From Azolla caroliniana (Eukaryota; Plantae; Polypodiophyta), in the NCBI GenBank assembly GCA_043228905.1, contig JBHGNT010000001.1:36270001-36334000 (forward strand): a stretch of DNA of 64,000 nt, in the 5' to 3' direction. Of the stretch, positions 13,345-27,600 are shown in pieces. The position numbers were made by a program, and so were the translations under genes. Position 1 is the stretch's first letter, and every line of letters starts with the position of its first letter. The notes under the pieces are model-generated. The model searched no databases, was not told where the DNA came from, and was given only the letters and a program-made list of their open reading frames with translations.

Positions 13345-15482
13345 TCACTTTGATGTCCATTGCACACTTTGACGAATACCACGGTAGATGAGGCCTAAAG
13401 ATCGGCCAATAAGAAAAACAAGAAGAAAAGAGATACCCTGCCCTAGCTTCACTGTTATTGTCCTCAAGATTGGACCACATATGTCAGAGAATTCCAAATA
13501 TAGACTATAGTAATACCTCCTACGAAAAAAACAGTGGAAAATTTTAGAAAAGAAAAGAGATGGAAAACTTTAGGAATTACAGTTACTTGCAAACATATCA
13601 AATGGAAAAAGATGATACCATCCAGTTAAAGCTCGCAGCTCTTTGATCCGTTTTACAGGTAGCTTGGATTGTTCAATGACAATGAGCTCGGATTGCTTTC
13701 TAGGATGAGTCATTGTGTTTCTTGCTGAATCTCTAAATGAGTCTTTCTGTTTATTCTTGGATGTAGAATCTCTGCAGTCGTCCGCAGACAAGACTAATGG
13801 CTTGAAGACCCATAAATCATACCTATCTTCAAACATTGACACTACTGACTGAAAGTTTTCCTTTAGCCAGCTGTTAAGAGCGACCTGATAATTGTGTTTC
13901 AAGATTTCTATCTCACCCTCTCTCTAAATAGATGTGTAACTATATATACAATATAAATACATATTTCCTTTCTTTTTCCAAAACCATTATATTTTATCTA
14001 TAATCTTTTGGCCATGCCAAAAATATAGTCACCAATCTTCAGAAATATGAAAATCAAATTTAACTTCACCAAATAAATTGAAATTTCTGATCCCAAAAAT
14101 TCAAAATTTTATATCAGTTTAATATTATCTAAAGAAAAATATTTATACTGCTTTGATATTACACATAAACAAGTGATTCTATGTATGGAATCTATACATT
14201 CACCTAGAGATAATCCACCATATATTAAATTGGGGTTTTGAGTGCAAAAATTCAAATAGATTGGAGATTCTTCAAGAAACTTCCTTTTATTGACTGACGG
14301 TACATTCCAATTTCAGAAATCTAATGATAATAAGCATATGAGGTGCAAAAAGTATTCTTTTGAAGAACTTAGAGAAGTTAGCAGGATATAAAGATTTCTC
14401 GTGTATTTTTTTATAATGTCTGGTATTAAAATACAGAAACCATAATAAGAAATACATTATGGAATCATTAAGTCAAGATACTGAAAAGAAAGGAAAAAGC
14501 TCAATTTTTTACTCAAAATAACATTAGAACACTCATTGAAAAGAAAAGAAGGGGGTTTTCCAAAGGTAAAAACAATATAAAATATATTTTGATATCAAAG
14601 AAACACAAGAAAATGAGAAGTAAAAATTCAAAATTTTACATAAAAATTGGCACAGGAGATAAATTGTCATTTAACAGAAAAAAGGGAGCATGATGATGTC
14701 ATACCTCATTCCTGAATCGTTGAAGCATTCGGGTAGATGAAATTGTGGGTGCCATAACTTTTGACCACTGACCCTCACAAATTGGTGCAGCATCTGTTAT
14801 CATATCTAGGTATAAAGCTGCAGCTCCATCTGCGATCAAGATAACTATATCCTCCAAAATACAATTTTGTCGAACTTGCAAAGTTTCTAACTTGCAACAG
14901 CTCGATTCCCTGGTCGACACCCACAGGAATGCTACAGATCATCATATATATAAAGACTAAAGCATACTGCATCCATAACACCATACTTCAAGATCTAGTC
15001 AGCTAAAAACATTGACAAAACAGAAGAATGAACAAATATAAATGGTTTTTACGTGCATGTATAGGTAGTGCATGCAGAAAAATTTATAATGGTCTACATG
15101 CAATGATTCTAACGATAATAAATACAAATGATATATTATATGGTCACACATGTCCTTGTGCAGACCATATTATAGGGTTATTTCTACCTAGTACAGGAAA
15201 AGTTTATCATGCTGCCATTGCATTATCTCCTAGCTGGATTTTTAAATATGAGCTAGAAGGCTTGGCTTCAATATATAAACTCCAATCTGAGCCAAATTTG
15301 ACTGAAGAGGTATGCAAAAGTTCCTCTTAACAGAAAATAACATTCGTCTCTTCGGTCTAAAAGCTAGAAATAGTGGAATAGAACTTTTCTTGATCTAATT
15401 CGAAGTGAAATTTTAGTGAACTTCATATCAGCATAAGCTTCTTGCAATATGAATCATAAGTGCAGTAGGGATGCAAGTATGT

Positions 15483-15524
<42 letters not shown>

Positions 15525-18500
15525 CAAATGCCAATAATTGACCAGTTATTGAAATGCACTCATACCTCACACTACCAGTGCAAACGAAGTAGAGAAAATC
15601 TGCATAGAACTCTGCTTTTCCAGTCACTTTGACCATTCGTATCATCATTTTCTTTGCTTCATAATCTTCTGAATATGAGTTGAATAACAATTCCCATTTA
15701 AGGTCGTCTATAACCATTTCTGATGACTTGAATTTGGTTTTTTGTGGAGAAAGTAAGGTTGCGAGAAATTCTGGTGAGCCTGATTTATTGGGGTAGCCGT
15801 GCAAGTATTCTTCATGCATCCAATCTCGACAAACCAGAATAACTAATTCACATAGTATCTGAACTGAAACTTCTGACCAGCCTGACTCTAGCGAGATTTT
15901 GCTCTGTTGTAGTTTGCAAACCTGCTAGGACCACTGTAAAGCATCTTGATCAGACAACTAGAGAATCAATTTTATTCACTTTAGAAAGGTAAAATTTTCA
16001 ATTAGACCTTGTAAGGGTGGCTATTTTGAAACATATTGTGTCCCCCGTACTTCATGAAGTAACCAAGTTGTCAAGACTCAATCATACAAACAAACCCGAG
16101 TTTTGTTCCAGATTCAATAATCATCTATAGGAACCTCCAAGTCTTACCTTACATGCAGATCAAAATATATGATGAATTTACTAGAACTGCTTAATGAGCC
16201 CAATAAGCTCCTTACACTGCACTAGGCTTTACTATCAACTGATTTCCCCCTTAATTGGGATGAATGAACAATTACTGATGCATCAACCTTCCTCTTACCA
16301 TATTGGATAATCCATATCATGTTTTTACCAGGCACTAAACAATTTCGAAAAGATTTATCATGTGAGCATTGTTCATTATTTTCATGATCTAGAGTAACAA
16401 GATAAATTTATCCAATCAAACCAAACGAGCTGTCATTTTTTGTGACCATACTTTCAATCACTGAATATTAATGCAGAAATATACTTTGAATAGATATAGA
16501 ATCAATGCCTGCCTCTTTTTTGAGTTGTTCAAATGAAACAAGCAGTAAACGTGACCGTGCATCTCTGGCTAAAGCCTGTAGATTAAGCTGACCACCTTGA
16601 CTTGTGATCTCAACACACATCTCATCAGTCAAACTTTTACTCCCTGTAATCTTTGAATAAAGTCCACTCCAAAGCTTTTCTGTCCACGATGGATTTTCTT
16701 TGAAGTTTTTTTCATTTTGTTCATCTGGCAATTTCTGAAATCTGGAACATACAAGGACACATAAGAGAAATAAGATTCTTCGTTTAGGCTTGACTCTTCA
16801 GCAGAAAGACAATGAAACAAGATAATAACATACGATGCAAAAACCAGATCTCTCATTTTGGCCAGGAAAAATAAGCCACTTCAAGGAGAGAATCCTTTTC
16901 TGGTATTTGGCATTCCCATAGGTCCTGCACCGCCACTTGACAGGGTGTGTTTGGAATACATTAGGCCCTACATACGCTTTGCATCCAGCTGGCACTGAAA
17001 ATGATTGTTTGTCTCAAGGCACAGATGCATTATGGATGATCATTCACAGGCCCCACCGTTGAGCATTATGTTCTTAACTCAGCATTCCCATTCATAAAGT
17101 TCTTTGACATTGATTCTGGTATCATTTGGAATGCAAATCGGCATTTGATGGGCTCCTCATTCCACAATGTAGTAACTTCCATACATTTGTTTCTTTCTGC
17201 ATCCATTTTGTCTTACATGACTTCTCTTTCAGCACGCATGTCGCCTATCCAGGATTTGCGTATGTGTATATATTACTATCTCAAGGAGAGTGGACTTGGA
17301 ACAATGACAGGACAAGATCATCAAATGCCATACGAGCATATGACAGAAGGCAAGACCCTGACACAACATCCATTCATTTTGAGGATCCCCTTGCTGGAAT
17401 CAAGAGATACAAAAAGATATTGTGGAAAGACAACATGCACCATAACCCTCCCTCGCTTAATACAGTCAATCAATGGAAACACGTGTCTGATCACAACATT
17501 CCAATGTAGTTACAATAGATGAAGCAATGGTTTTTGTCATGCAAATAGGCCCATACACTTAGAAAACGACCTCATTACCCTTATAGATCAATCGAGGACA
17601 TTATCACTTGACCCTCAAGTGCTTCCCTCGGAGACTTCTCCAGCTTGGACACATCCATGCTCCATGTTAGGTCAGAGATCTTTCAGAGACAAAAGCTCTG
17701 TTTACCTAAGGTACAATGTTATATGTTTGATTGATGGAACTATATACATTTATCCTCAAGAGTATGTAATGTCTTCATGTATACCGTTATACAAAGACTT
17801 GAGGATATACCAGAAAGTTTTAATAGTTTACTAATTATATTTAATGTCGTTTTGGTTTTCTCTAGGATGAGACATTAATTCAGACAGCCTTAAAAGCAAA
17901 GCTAACGTATTTTATTTTCTTCTTGTTTGACAAAGATTATCAAAGTGTAAGATGTTTAAAACAATCAATCATGCACCAAAGGAGGAGATATTATATCCCA
18001 CATATGAAGGAAAAAGTTGATTCCCTTGACAGCTCACTCATTAAAACATGCATGGATCATCAACCCACTTGCTTTTAACATTTATGCAAGAGAGGCCAGA
18101 CTCTAACCCTATAGTGCTCCCATATAATGATTGGTTAATGTCAAATTCACTGACAATAGGTATGAAATATTCGTCCCCAAGTGAGAACTACCAGCCTACA
18201 CAAGTGAATTCATTGGCTGTTTTGATGTCTCATTGCCTTCTTTACAAGAATCACTCGATGTGCTTATCCATTGAAATATAAGCTACACATGCTCAGGAAA
18301 TGGTTGAGACAACAGCCTTCAGTGTTCATGCCATCAGTTCCTTCTAGATTCCATAGTTACTTTGCTCTTGTCGTAGTCTCATCTAATTGAAATTATAGAA
18401 AAACCAGAAATTTCCATTCCATCCACTTTCATATGAAATTTTCCAACAAAGAAGTACCTAGTTTCAATGCAGTGAGCTTCTCTTTGGAGCTAGATATTGA

Positions 18501-20388
18501 TTCCCCATTTACCTTTGATTGCCCCTTTCACATAGCAAGCACAAAAGAGAAAAGATATATCAACGTATTCTAAGGGAAGTACATCTGAAAATATTGGGTC
18601 ATCTTGGTCATCTTGGAGCCAAATCAAAACGGATGTAAAAAACTTGGTAAAACTTTCTGGGGCACTAGATACTCCAGTTAGTTGAGCCACTAACAATGTG
18701 TGAAAATCAAATAAAAGACAAAGAGGCATGAACAGTCACACGCATGATGAAGCTGTCACCCAAGGAATGCTGGCTTTTATCGTTTTATTTGAATTGCAGC
18801 ATTTGTACTTTATGCATGTCAAATTTTCACCATTCCATTAAAATCATTCCTAAAATAGTTCATGTGGTAGCATCAGCTGCAACTCGATTTCTTGTCGATG
18901 CAAGAAAAAAAATGGCTCAGGTATGAAAAATCAATCCACTCAGTGGCACGACAAATCAATCCATTCAGTAGCACAAAAAATCAATCCACTACATCCAGAG
19001 AGATAAACTTCTTGAATAATTGGTGGATTTTCCAGAGATTGCTCGCTCAATAAACACTCCTACAAGATTGATGATTAACGGTTCATTAGGAAGGACTAGC
19101 TAGGTAACTACCCCTGTTAGTAGGTAATGTAACATAAATCCTTCCTGACTCATATATAGCAGGTACAAAGCAGACTTTGTGTGCAAGGGCCAGTAAATCT
19201 GGCTCTCAGACATCAGTATATTCCAAAGCCTCAGATGACCTGATAGATTATTCCTAGCATGCCATAAGATTCCCGTTCAACCATGTTATAGGTTGTTTCG
19301 CAATCTATAGGACTTTGTGTTCAAGATTAAAATGATGCTACCACAATGCAAGTGCAACTCTTCTCTAGAAATATATGCTCAGTAAATCAACACACAATTT
19401 TCACACGATCTTAACAAGAATAATTCCTTCACTAGTATTTTAAGGCCCAAAGAAGCTTGAGGTTCGTAATAGAAAATTAATTAATATGCACAAAACAAAC
19501 ACTAGCATTGTGGAAAATACGCTTGATAACCTGTGGAAAGTGTGAACTTACTCTACAAGGTTTGGATATGATGTGATATTGGATATCTTCGAAGCAGATG
19601 ATGTTGCAGGAGTTGTAATTCCGGCGACATATGCAAGGGCAATGCTAAATACCAAAAGAAGGTTATCTATAGTGGGTCTCCATTCAACCACATTTGCATT
19701 CGCCAATTCATTGAAATAGTTGCTATATTGACACAAAAAACTCTTCCCAGATGAAAGAGGCAGTGTTTGAATTCCATGTGCAATGATCCAACTGTACTGC
19801 AAAGCATATCTGCTATGTGGAAAACTGCAAATGTGTACTGCAAGAAATTACTTTCTCTATCATGGTAAGCATACTTTAGAGTTAACAAAGCAAGTGGGAA
19901 GTATAACTGACCTATACACAATTACCACTTCAACAGACATTATGTATAGATTAGGGTACGTATGTCTAGCCACTAGCAATCAAAATAAACCAATGTAGAT
20001 ATACGCATGCATGTAGGTACATATGCACACATGTACAAATGTGCATAACGTAATCAGCACTTACCTAAACATAATAGCAACCAATATACACCAAGGTAAA
20101 TGGTATGTGTGTATATCTATGTATGTATGCATGCATCCATGTATGTCCTGATGTATGAATACATGCACGTGTGTAAGTACTTGTACATGTACGCACACAG
20201 GTGCCAACGTGCTGTGCATGTGTATGTACGATAAAAGCATGTTATGTCGGAGATTTACACTACCTCTTTGAACAGACTTTCACGCTTCGAGGATACTTCT
20301 TTGAAAAAGCTATTCTTGGCTGAAACAGGTCTACGGAATAATGGCGGTGTCCTCTGCATGCTGGCCCTTGAAGGGTGAAAGGGATCAT
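13345..20388 (-). CDS. Conserved plant protein of unknown function, AT5G48830-like (likely plastid), 7 coding exons
   Basis: Exons 20388-20264, about 19812-19552, 16741-16513 (GC donor), 15921-15566, 14909-14705, 13884-13619, 13519-13345. Motifs KAEFYADFLYF, LEDIVILIADG, RNEVALNSWL..VVSMFEDRYDL, ELRALTGWRYYYSLYLEFSDI and LIGRSLGLIYRGIRQS match the family as I remember it. Confidence 0.85.
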
Positions 20389-21170
20389 TCCGCTCCCTCA
20401 CTTCAAATCAAGTACATCAGATCTGCAGAAAGGAAAGCGGTAGATCAAAAAGTCGAACCAGTTCTAAAAATGTAACACAGCAACCGCTCACCTGAGTGCT
20501 GGATTCCCCTCGGGCAAGGAGGATGAGAGGAGACATGCAGGGAGTGTGTGTGTGTGTCTGGGCAGGGCCACACTCTTTTTTATCTTGGTATCAAATACAT
20601 AATACACATATCTAGATTATCCATCCATCGTAGCATATATATATACTTATAAGTTATTGGTATGTATGCCCCACGATAAGGTAGACATTGATTCATTAAC
20701 ACACTCGGACACCCTCGACTCATTCCAACACCTTGACCTAATGCGTGCTGGAACACGACCAATCCAGGGGCAGGTACAAAAAAAATCGGGTGCCCTCTTC
20801 TCTTTTATCATTCGCTATTGACGTTAGACAATATTTGTAGCTATACCTAACAAGTATGAGCATTCCACCTATATGATCAAATCTACGACTTTGGTTGTAG
20901 CACAAAACCATTTAGCACAATTGCAAACATGTTGTCTTTCTCTTTTAAGTAAGAATTTTGAATACCCCATTACTACATTCATGTCATAATGTTGTTTTGC
21001 ATGGCAGGACATGTGAACAAAAATGTGTGCATCAAATAGCACCTTGACATGAACCTTTTGACTATGGTTTGAATATCCACATTACGATATTGTTGTTTGG
21101 GGTTCACTTTCAACGGCGCTACAAGGTGCCCTTGTTTGATTGAACAAATAGATGGAGAGAGCCTCAATCA

Positions 21171-21353
21171 CAAATAAGATAGCATAAACATTGGTGTTAC
21201 AAAATCACTAGAAGATGAAAGTACAACAAGAATTATTGTTGCACTGATGGGTTTTGAACTTACGATTTCAAATAGGATAGCATAAACATGGCTTTACAAA
21301 TCACTTGAAGATGTGATATAATGAGAATTATAACTGCACTTATGGGTTTTGAC
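21171..21353. repeat. Diverged tandem duplication, about 98-bp unit x2
   Basis: AAATA.GATAGCATAAACAT...GCACT.ATGGGTTTTGA occurs twice. Confidence 0.75.
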
Positions 21354-22775
21354 AAAAAAGGAAAATTTTGATAGAACAAAAGATTAAATGGAGTACAAAA
21401 CCAATCATCAGTGAATCAACTAAACATTATATACGCCAAGGCATTGAATGTTTCCCAAAGTTTCAATAAAGATTGTAGTTAGAAGCTTTCGTAAAACTTT
21501 CAATGAATCCCCTCATTGCATTTTTTTCATACTTCTCCATCCAAACACACATACAAGCACGTTAGAGTTTCACATTCACATCAACATAAACATAACATAT
21601 ATGAGACATTGGAGCATGAACATGATGGATACAAGCACATACAAGCCATCCTTGGGAACTTGAACCTAGTTTGCGAGACAATTGGGGATCCAACCATTTT
21701 AATACGAATTAATTAAGCACAATGTATAGAGTGAGAGAAGTTGCTTGTCTCTATTTCAATGGTGTGATGATGGTAGTATTTGGCAACTAAGCACATCTCA
21801 ACATTTTTTCTTAGGCTTCCCAAAATGTTAGGTTGAGATAGAGTAGGGAGGATATTGGATTTTGTAGTGAATGTTTTCATCAAAGATGCATAGGAATCTA
21901 CTACTTAAGATACTTTAGTTTCTCTACTATCAATATCAGGGTCTTTTACTTGTTGTAACTCATGTCGACCTCTAGAAACATTATGTTTATAAGAAAAAAA
22001 TTGACATACACTGCATTCAACATCCAAGATGAGCATAGCCCTTAAAGTTGTTGGACATAATCTAAAGATCAAATATATGTTTTCCAAGTTGTAAAGAAGA
22101 TACATTTATGTTTAAATGACCTTGATAACAAAGCAAGGAAAATACTTCATGGCTTAGCATTCATCCCCAATTTTCTTTTGCCGTCGTTAATGATTTCATA
22201 ATTATTACAAAACTCATTAGAAAGCATACATTTGATTTCCCTGTTAACCAAGTCGAAGTTCAATCTAGTCTTTGTATTATCATATTCACAATTGCAAGGG
22301 TGTGTACAGATGCATTTTCCTATCTTAATTCTTAATGCGCTTCCTTGAAGAAGTCTATCACTCAACTCTTTTCTAAAAGTGCCAGTGATTATAATCCATT
22401 ACTCTAAATTACTCACATAAAAGAACCTCAATCATTCCATTAAAAGGGGAAAAATGCATAGTAGAAGAGGAAATCAAGGATAAAAAAACACACAAAGCGA
22501 CAACCTTGATAATAAAATTTAGATCTTATTCCATATCATGGGGGGAAGTATAATACTATTGGTTAGCATCTATCACGATTATGAAAAACTGTGTTGATAC
22601 TAAAAAAACGGAAAAATATTGTGACTGTTAACAAATGATGGCGAGAATATATTCTCTATTCTTTGGTAAATATCTAACCATTCTCCAGAAAATATGTTCT
22701 TGGCATTGGAGTGACATTATAACTTGCACTTTGCAGAGTATATTGCACGTTCATGAAAAAGTGAAACCATTGTTG

Positions 22776-24449
22776 TTAAGCGATCTCTGCCTTTGAGAGA
22801 GTGGCATGTACAAATGCCTCCTCATCTTCATCAACAAATCCATGTAGTTGCACTTGTTGAATTTTGTGGAACGTTGTAGCTCTTGCAGCACGCTTTCTCA
22901 TGAAATACACACCAATAGAAATAGATATTGCGATTACCGCAACTATTGCAGCAACAACGATTGGAATGTACCACTACGAAGAGAATAAAGAACAAAAAGA
23001 AGAGATTAGGGTTACATTCAAAAAATATTTTAAGTCATGATGTGCTTATAGGGTACGCGGAGAAAGACCGAGCAAAGGTACTCAAGTGGGTCATACATAT
23101 ATAGAATGATATTGTGCGATGGTGGTCATCTTCTGTAGATTTATATAGTGATTACCTTCTTATTAGCCTTGTCTTTGTTAGTGTTAACAGGTTCGGATGG
23201 CGGAGGGTAGTTAAAAACAGTACCTGAATACACAACAAAAGTGGAAGGGAACAAGGCACATTAAATGATTTAGAAAATCTTTGATTCCCATTTGCGAAAC
23301 GTCAAAACAAATGACCTCCATAACTAGGGCATACACACTCTAGCTTTTGAAGTAAAAGTCCACTTTTGGACTTTACTTGCCCACCAATCAACCATCTTTC
23401 AATTATGTCATTTGTTAGAAGAAAGGGATCTTCAACAAAGACTTTATAGGGCTCGTTAAGGATTTGGAGATTCCTAGAACATGAAACTCTTCCTTTTACA
23501 TGATGATGAAGAATACTTATATCCACACAAATATAGTATATGCTCTTACCGTTCCATGTTGGCATCAAACAATCTTCACTTCCCATCCAGTCAATTGGAC
23601 AATCACATGGAACATCGCCTTGTATGCATTCGGCATCACGGAAGCAGAAGTAATCGCCACAGGCTTTCCCTTCTAGTTCACAATGTGCCCCTCCAAACCC
23701 TTCGTGACAGATGCAACTGTAACTTTCTCCTCGTACAATCTCATTGCAAGTTCCATTCTGGCACCAAAAGTTGTTGGTCCCATCACACATGGTCTGAGGT
23801 ATGTCACAGAAGTACCCACTGGTGTTGGAAAAATGAGGCAAAATCAATTAAATCAATCAATCTCTCGACTCTATGTATAGTGGAACAAATATTTTCATAA
23901 TCATATACATACATACACATGTCACACACACACACACTTCCCTACATACACATCCCCACCTATACATACACCTACATACAAACATGTATATGTATGTACA
24001 TACATATACATACATACATATATAGACACACACACACACACACACTTCCCTATATACACATCCCCTCCTATACACACACCTACATACAAGCATGTACATA
24101 TAAATATTGAGGCAAATTAACACCTACAAAAAGAAACCTTTTGATCCATTTTCTGCAACGGAAACTACTTTAATCCAGAAGTCGCATATAATCTAACGGA
24201 CAAGGGAATGTATAGATCTGGTCGACTTTACCCGTAGAAAGGTCGATCTCCAAGCATTGTGGTAGAATTGGAAGGGAGGTCACAGAGGCAGATGCCATTG
24301 CCATCACAATTCTCTGTTTGGCACCTCGGATCGCAGTCCTCGGCAAAGGAAGAAGAAGGCGGCGTAATGGAAGCTGAAAACAAAAGAAGGAGCTGGAGAA
24401 GAGGCAGGGGATAGCGGTGAAGACGGAAGGGAGAGAGAGTGGTCGCCAT
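22776..24449 (-). CDS. Type-I membrane protein with EGF-like Cys-rich repeats, 4 exons
   Basis: Exons 24449-24232, 23818-23550, 23223-23156, 22973-22776, all GT-AG and in phase. Signal peptide, Cys repeats (WCQNGTCNEIVRGESYSCICHEGFGGAHC), a TM helix (WYIPIVVAAIVAVIAISISIGVYF), the stop-transfer RKR and a short acidic tail. Confidence 0.88.
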
Positions 24450-24889
24450 GGCTGGGTGGAAGGAAAGAAGAGGAAGAGGAAGAGGAGGGTAGACCCATGT
24501 TAGAGAAGAAGGCGATGATGAGGAAGAAAAGGAGGAGGGGGAAGAAGAAGAAGAAGAAGAAGAAGGAAGAAGCAGGGGAGGGAGCGTGAAAGGTGCAGAT
24601 TCAGGGTGTCATGCTTAGGACGTGCACACTCACTCCTTCCTCCCCTGTTCCTGCTGCTCTGCAATAGAGAAGAGAGAGAGAGAGAGAGAGAGAGCGTGAA
24701 AGGTGGTGGAAGAGATTAAAACAAAGAACCCCTCTCTCTCTAGTTTTCATTATTTCTACCAATTGCCCCTCCCATGCCTCTCTCCTCGTGCTCGGAGGAG
24801 CTCCACCCACATACATATTCATGTTGGTTTGAGAACCTTGGGAAGCACGACAAATGGAGAAGACGAAATGAAATGCTCATCGACAACAT

Positions 24890-25450
24890 GAATCAAAAAA
24901 CAAAATGCTCAGAAAGTTGATAACCCTATAACACCTTTCTCATCGTGAACGTTACAACAAACACATCACACTAATTCTGTTTTGTGGACGAGGAGGCTAT
25001 TGGGGATACATTAAAGGCGACCTTGGAAACATGTTTCATATAATCCACCAACTAACCAGGATGGCAAGAAGTAGCACCCAAGGAAGAGGAAGAAATCCGA
25101 GTGAATGAAGATATGGTAGAAGTGAATGGCATCAACAAAATGCAAACTCCCTTTCAAGCGAACCAACTATGTAGTGATGGGTGATTATGGCATCATGCAC
25201 CTTATTTGACACATTGGAAACGTTATATTTAGCAAATAAGACAAGCACCCAAAATGCTTAAAGAATAACTTGCAAGTTCCTATTATCACAGGAAATATTG
25301 TGTTTGTGAGAAAAAGTCATGGACCAAGGAATGCAATTCCACTTCAATCAGCGTTGTTGCAAACTTCAACAACAAAGAGCAATGGTCATGCATGGAAGAA
25401 GGGAAGGGAAAATGATTATCCTTGATTACAAGCTAACATAGGAAATTTGT
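24890..25450 (+). mobile_element. Degenerate Copia gag/protease remnant
   Basis: YWGYIKG (gag LWGYV.G-like), CVCEKKS-WTKEC (decayed CCHC knuckle) and IILDYK (WILDSG-like), spread over shifting frames. Confidence 0.4.
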
Positions 25451-26349
25451 GATTTTTGTTGTCAATGGCAAAAAAGTATGACCCACATCAACTTTTTGGC
25501 ACCCAAATCTATAACTCGAGGACAATATTCCATTCCAAATTTACGAGACGGTTGTACATATGTCTACTTGATGTGTCATCTATAATTATTTTTTTCCCAA
25601 AAAAACACTACTTTGCATTAGTTAGCAAACAAAGTACATCAACTACCAACAAATTTCAGAAAACCTCACTCTAGCCTTCTCACCAAAGTGGTCATAGTCC
25701 CCACCTCATTTACAACAAAAGTATCCCAACAACTCCAATAACCTAGTAATTAACTTGTACCATATCTATATGTACATATTTATAGCTCCTAGTCATTAAT
25801 GGAAGCCATTGGCAGAAACAACCATCTGGGTGCTTGGTAGTTCCATTTAGGCCCCGATGATCTATAATTATATTATGGGTGATCACAAGTTTTGACCCTC
25901 CATTACAAATCTATTAACTAGATTTGAATAAATGAAAGCCAATGTATGATTAGACAATTAACTTTCCTTTAATTTCAAATATTTTATTATATTGTTCCAC
26001 GTATACCATGCACTTGGTCGTATTCACAAATCCTCTACTCACTAAGAATGAAAGAATTTATTGCACATTATTCATCACCACATTAAATCGTAGAATAGTT
26101 CATTAGAGAGCAACAAGCATGTAAGGGACAACCTCACTTGTCACTAAAGTAAGTTTTATGTAGAACTTGAGCGGTATACATAACCTACATAAAAAGCAAA
26201 AAGAGAAATTATGCTTGTTTGAAGGTAGAGCCAAGGAACCTCTGTTGAATCAAGTTAGTGAGATCTAATCGTGAGAGACTTTGAGGCAATGTGTAATACA
26301 CAACATCACGTTCATAAGTCAAAACATCATAGAATCAAATTTGATGGTT

Positions 26350-27600
26350 TGCCAAAAATATGTCCACTTTATTTCAAATTATTATGTGGAGATATAACTC
26401 TAGTATGCAATTGGCTAGAGATTTTAAGTAACATTCTCTATGAGGGTGGAATTTCAAAGCAATTTTGAGACACAATGTGGAATGTACAAATGAAAACGTC
26501 ATAGATGCCTTAAAAATAGTGGTATCAAAATTTACAAGTGGAGAGAAATTGTGGACGTTTAACATTTGAAAACATTTATGGTTAAATTTCTCTATCCGTA
26601 ACATTTGAATAGAGAATTTCTGCATGGCACATGCCAAAGTTATTCCCAAAAGTTTGTGTATATGTGCAAGGAGTCCACCATGTCTTTCAAGAAGGAACAC
26701 CTTTAGTGGAAGTATGTTGTCACATGATTTGAAGGTTAGTAGAGGATTCAAAAGCTCAAAGGGGCTATGACATTTGGCATGTGCCAAAGCCATTTAAAGA
26801 TAATCAAGTGATACAAAATCCCTTGGAGGGAATTTGCGAACTTAGAACAAAACTTATCAAGTATTGAGACTTTTTAGGAAATAGACCAATAATGCTATGA
26901 CATACATAACCTGACACTAGATCCTTTTGGTTAATATGGCATTTTCATCTCTTTATGAGTAAAGATGCCTATTTGTATGAAAGTTAAATAGCTCTCTTGA
27001 TTTCTGTCTGAGAAATTCCTTTTTTTATGTGAGGAGATCCTACATTAATTGGCTAGATATTATAATGCTAAGAGATGTTTTGATCTTTTTTATGGTATAT
27101 AGTTTGCCAATGCATGTAGAAATCTAACTATAAGTACATTTAGGGATCATGTAAGTTCATAGGATGGATAAATTATAGTAATGATTGATTATCCTTGTTT
27201 GATAAAAAACTTGCACGTGGTTGTCGAAGTTAGCCGAGAGCATTTTTTGGTTAGAGCCATTTGTATGTTATTTTCTGGTCTACAAGATATAATTTTTCAT
27301 TTTTACTCATACCATCCACAAAGCACAAAATCATGATCTATAATTATGCCTTCGATATCATGTTATGCTCATCTCTATTGCCAACTATACTAAACTAACA
27401 AGCTCATCGTGTTATTCCGCATCTCAAAGTTGATGCCATTTGTATATAGGTAGATGCAATTTTGGTTTGAATTGTTGATATTGATGTATTTGACATTGTA
27501 ATGAACAAAGGCCTATCTGGTTTATGTGATTTTTAGAAAGAGTTAAAAGTTGTTCTTTTGAAAAAGATTCTATTTACCCCACTTAATGTTATATTTGAGG
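26350..27600 (+). mobile_element. Highly decayed LINE-like remnant
   Basis: LLCGDI (endonuclease GDFN-like) followed by weak motif echoes; many stops. Confidence 0.25.

Noticed and set aside
16860-17780. Overlapping 125-127 aa ORFs in the large intron of the AT5G48830-like gene
   Set aside because: No recognisable motifs in the frames I read; I cannot support a nested gene.
18240-18730. Possible decayed PPR pseudogene (DISFLFCACYVKGAIKGK)
   Set aside because: Only a faint motif echo; needs an HMM search.
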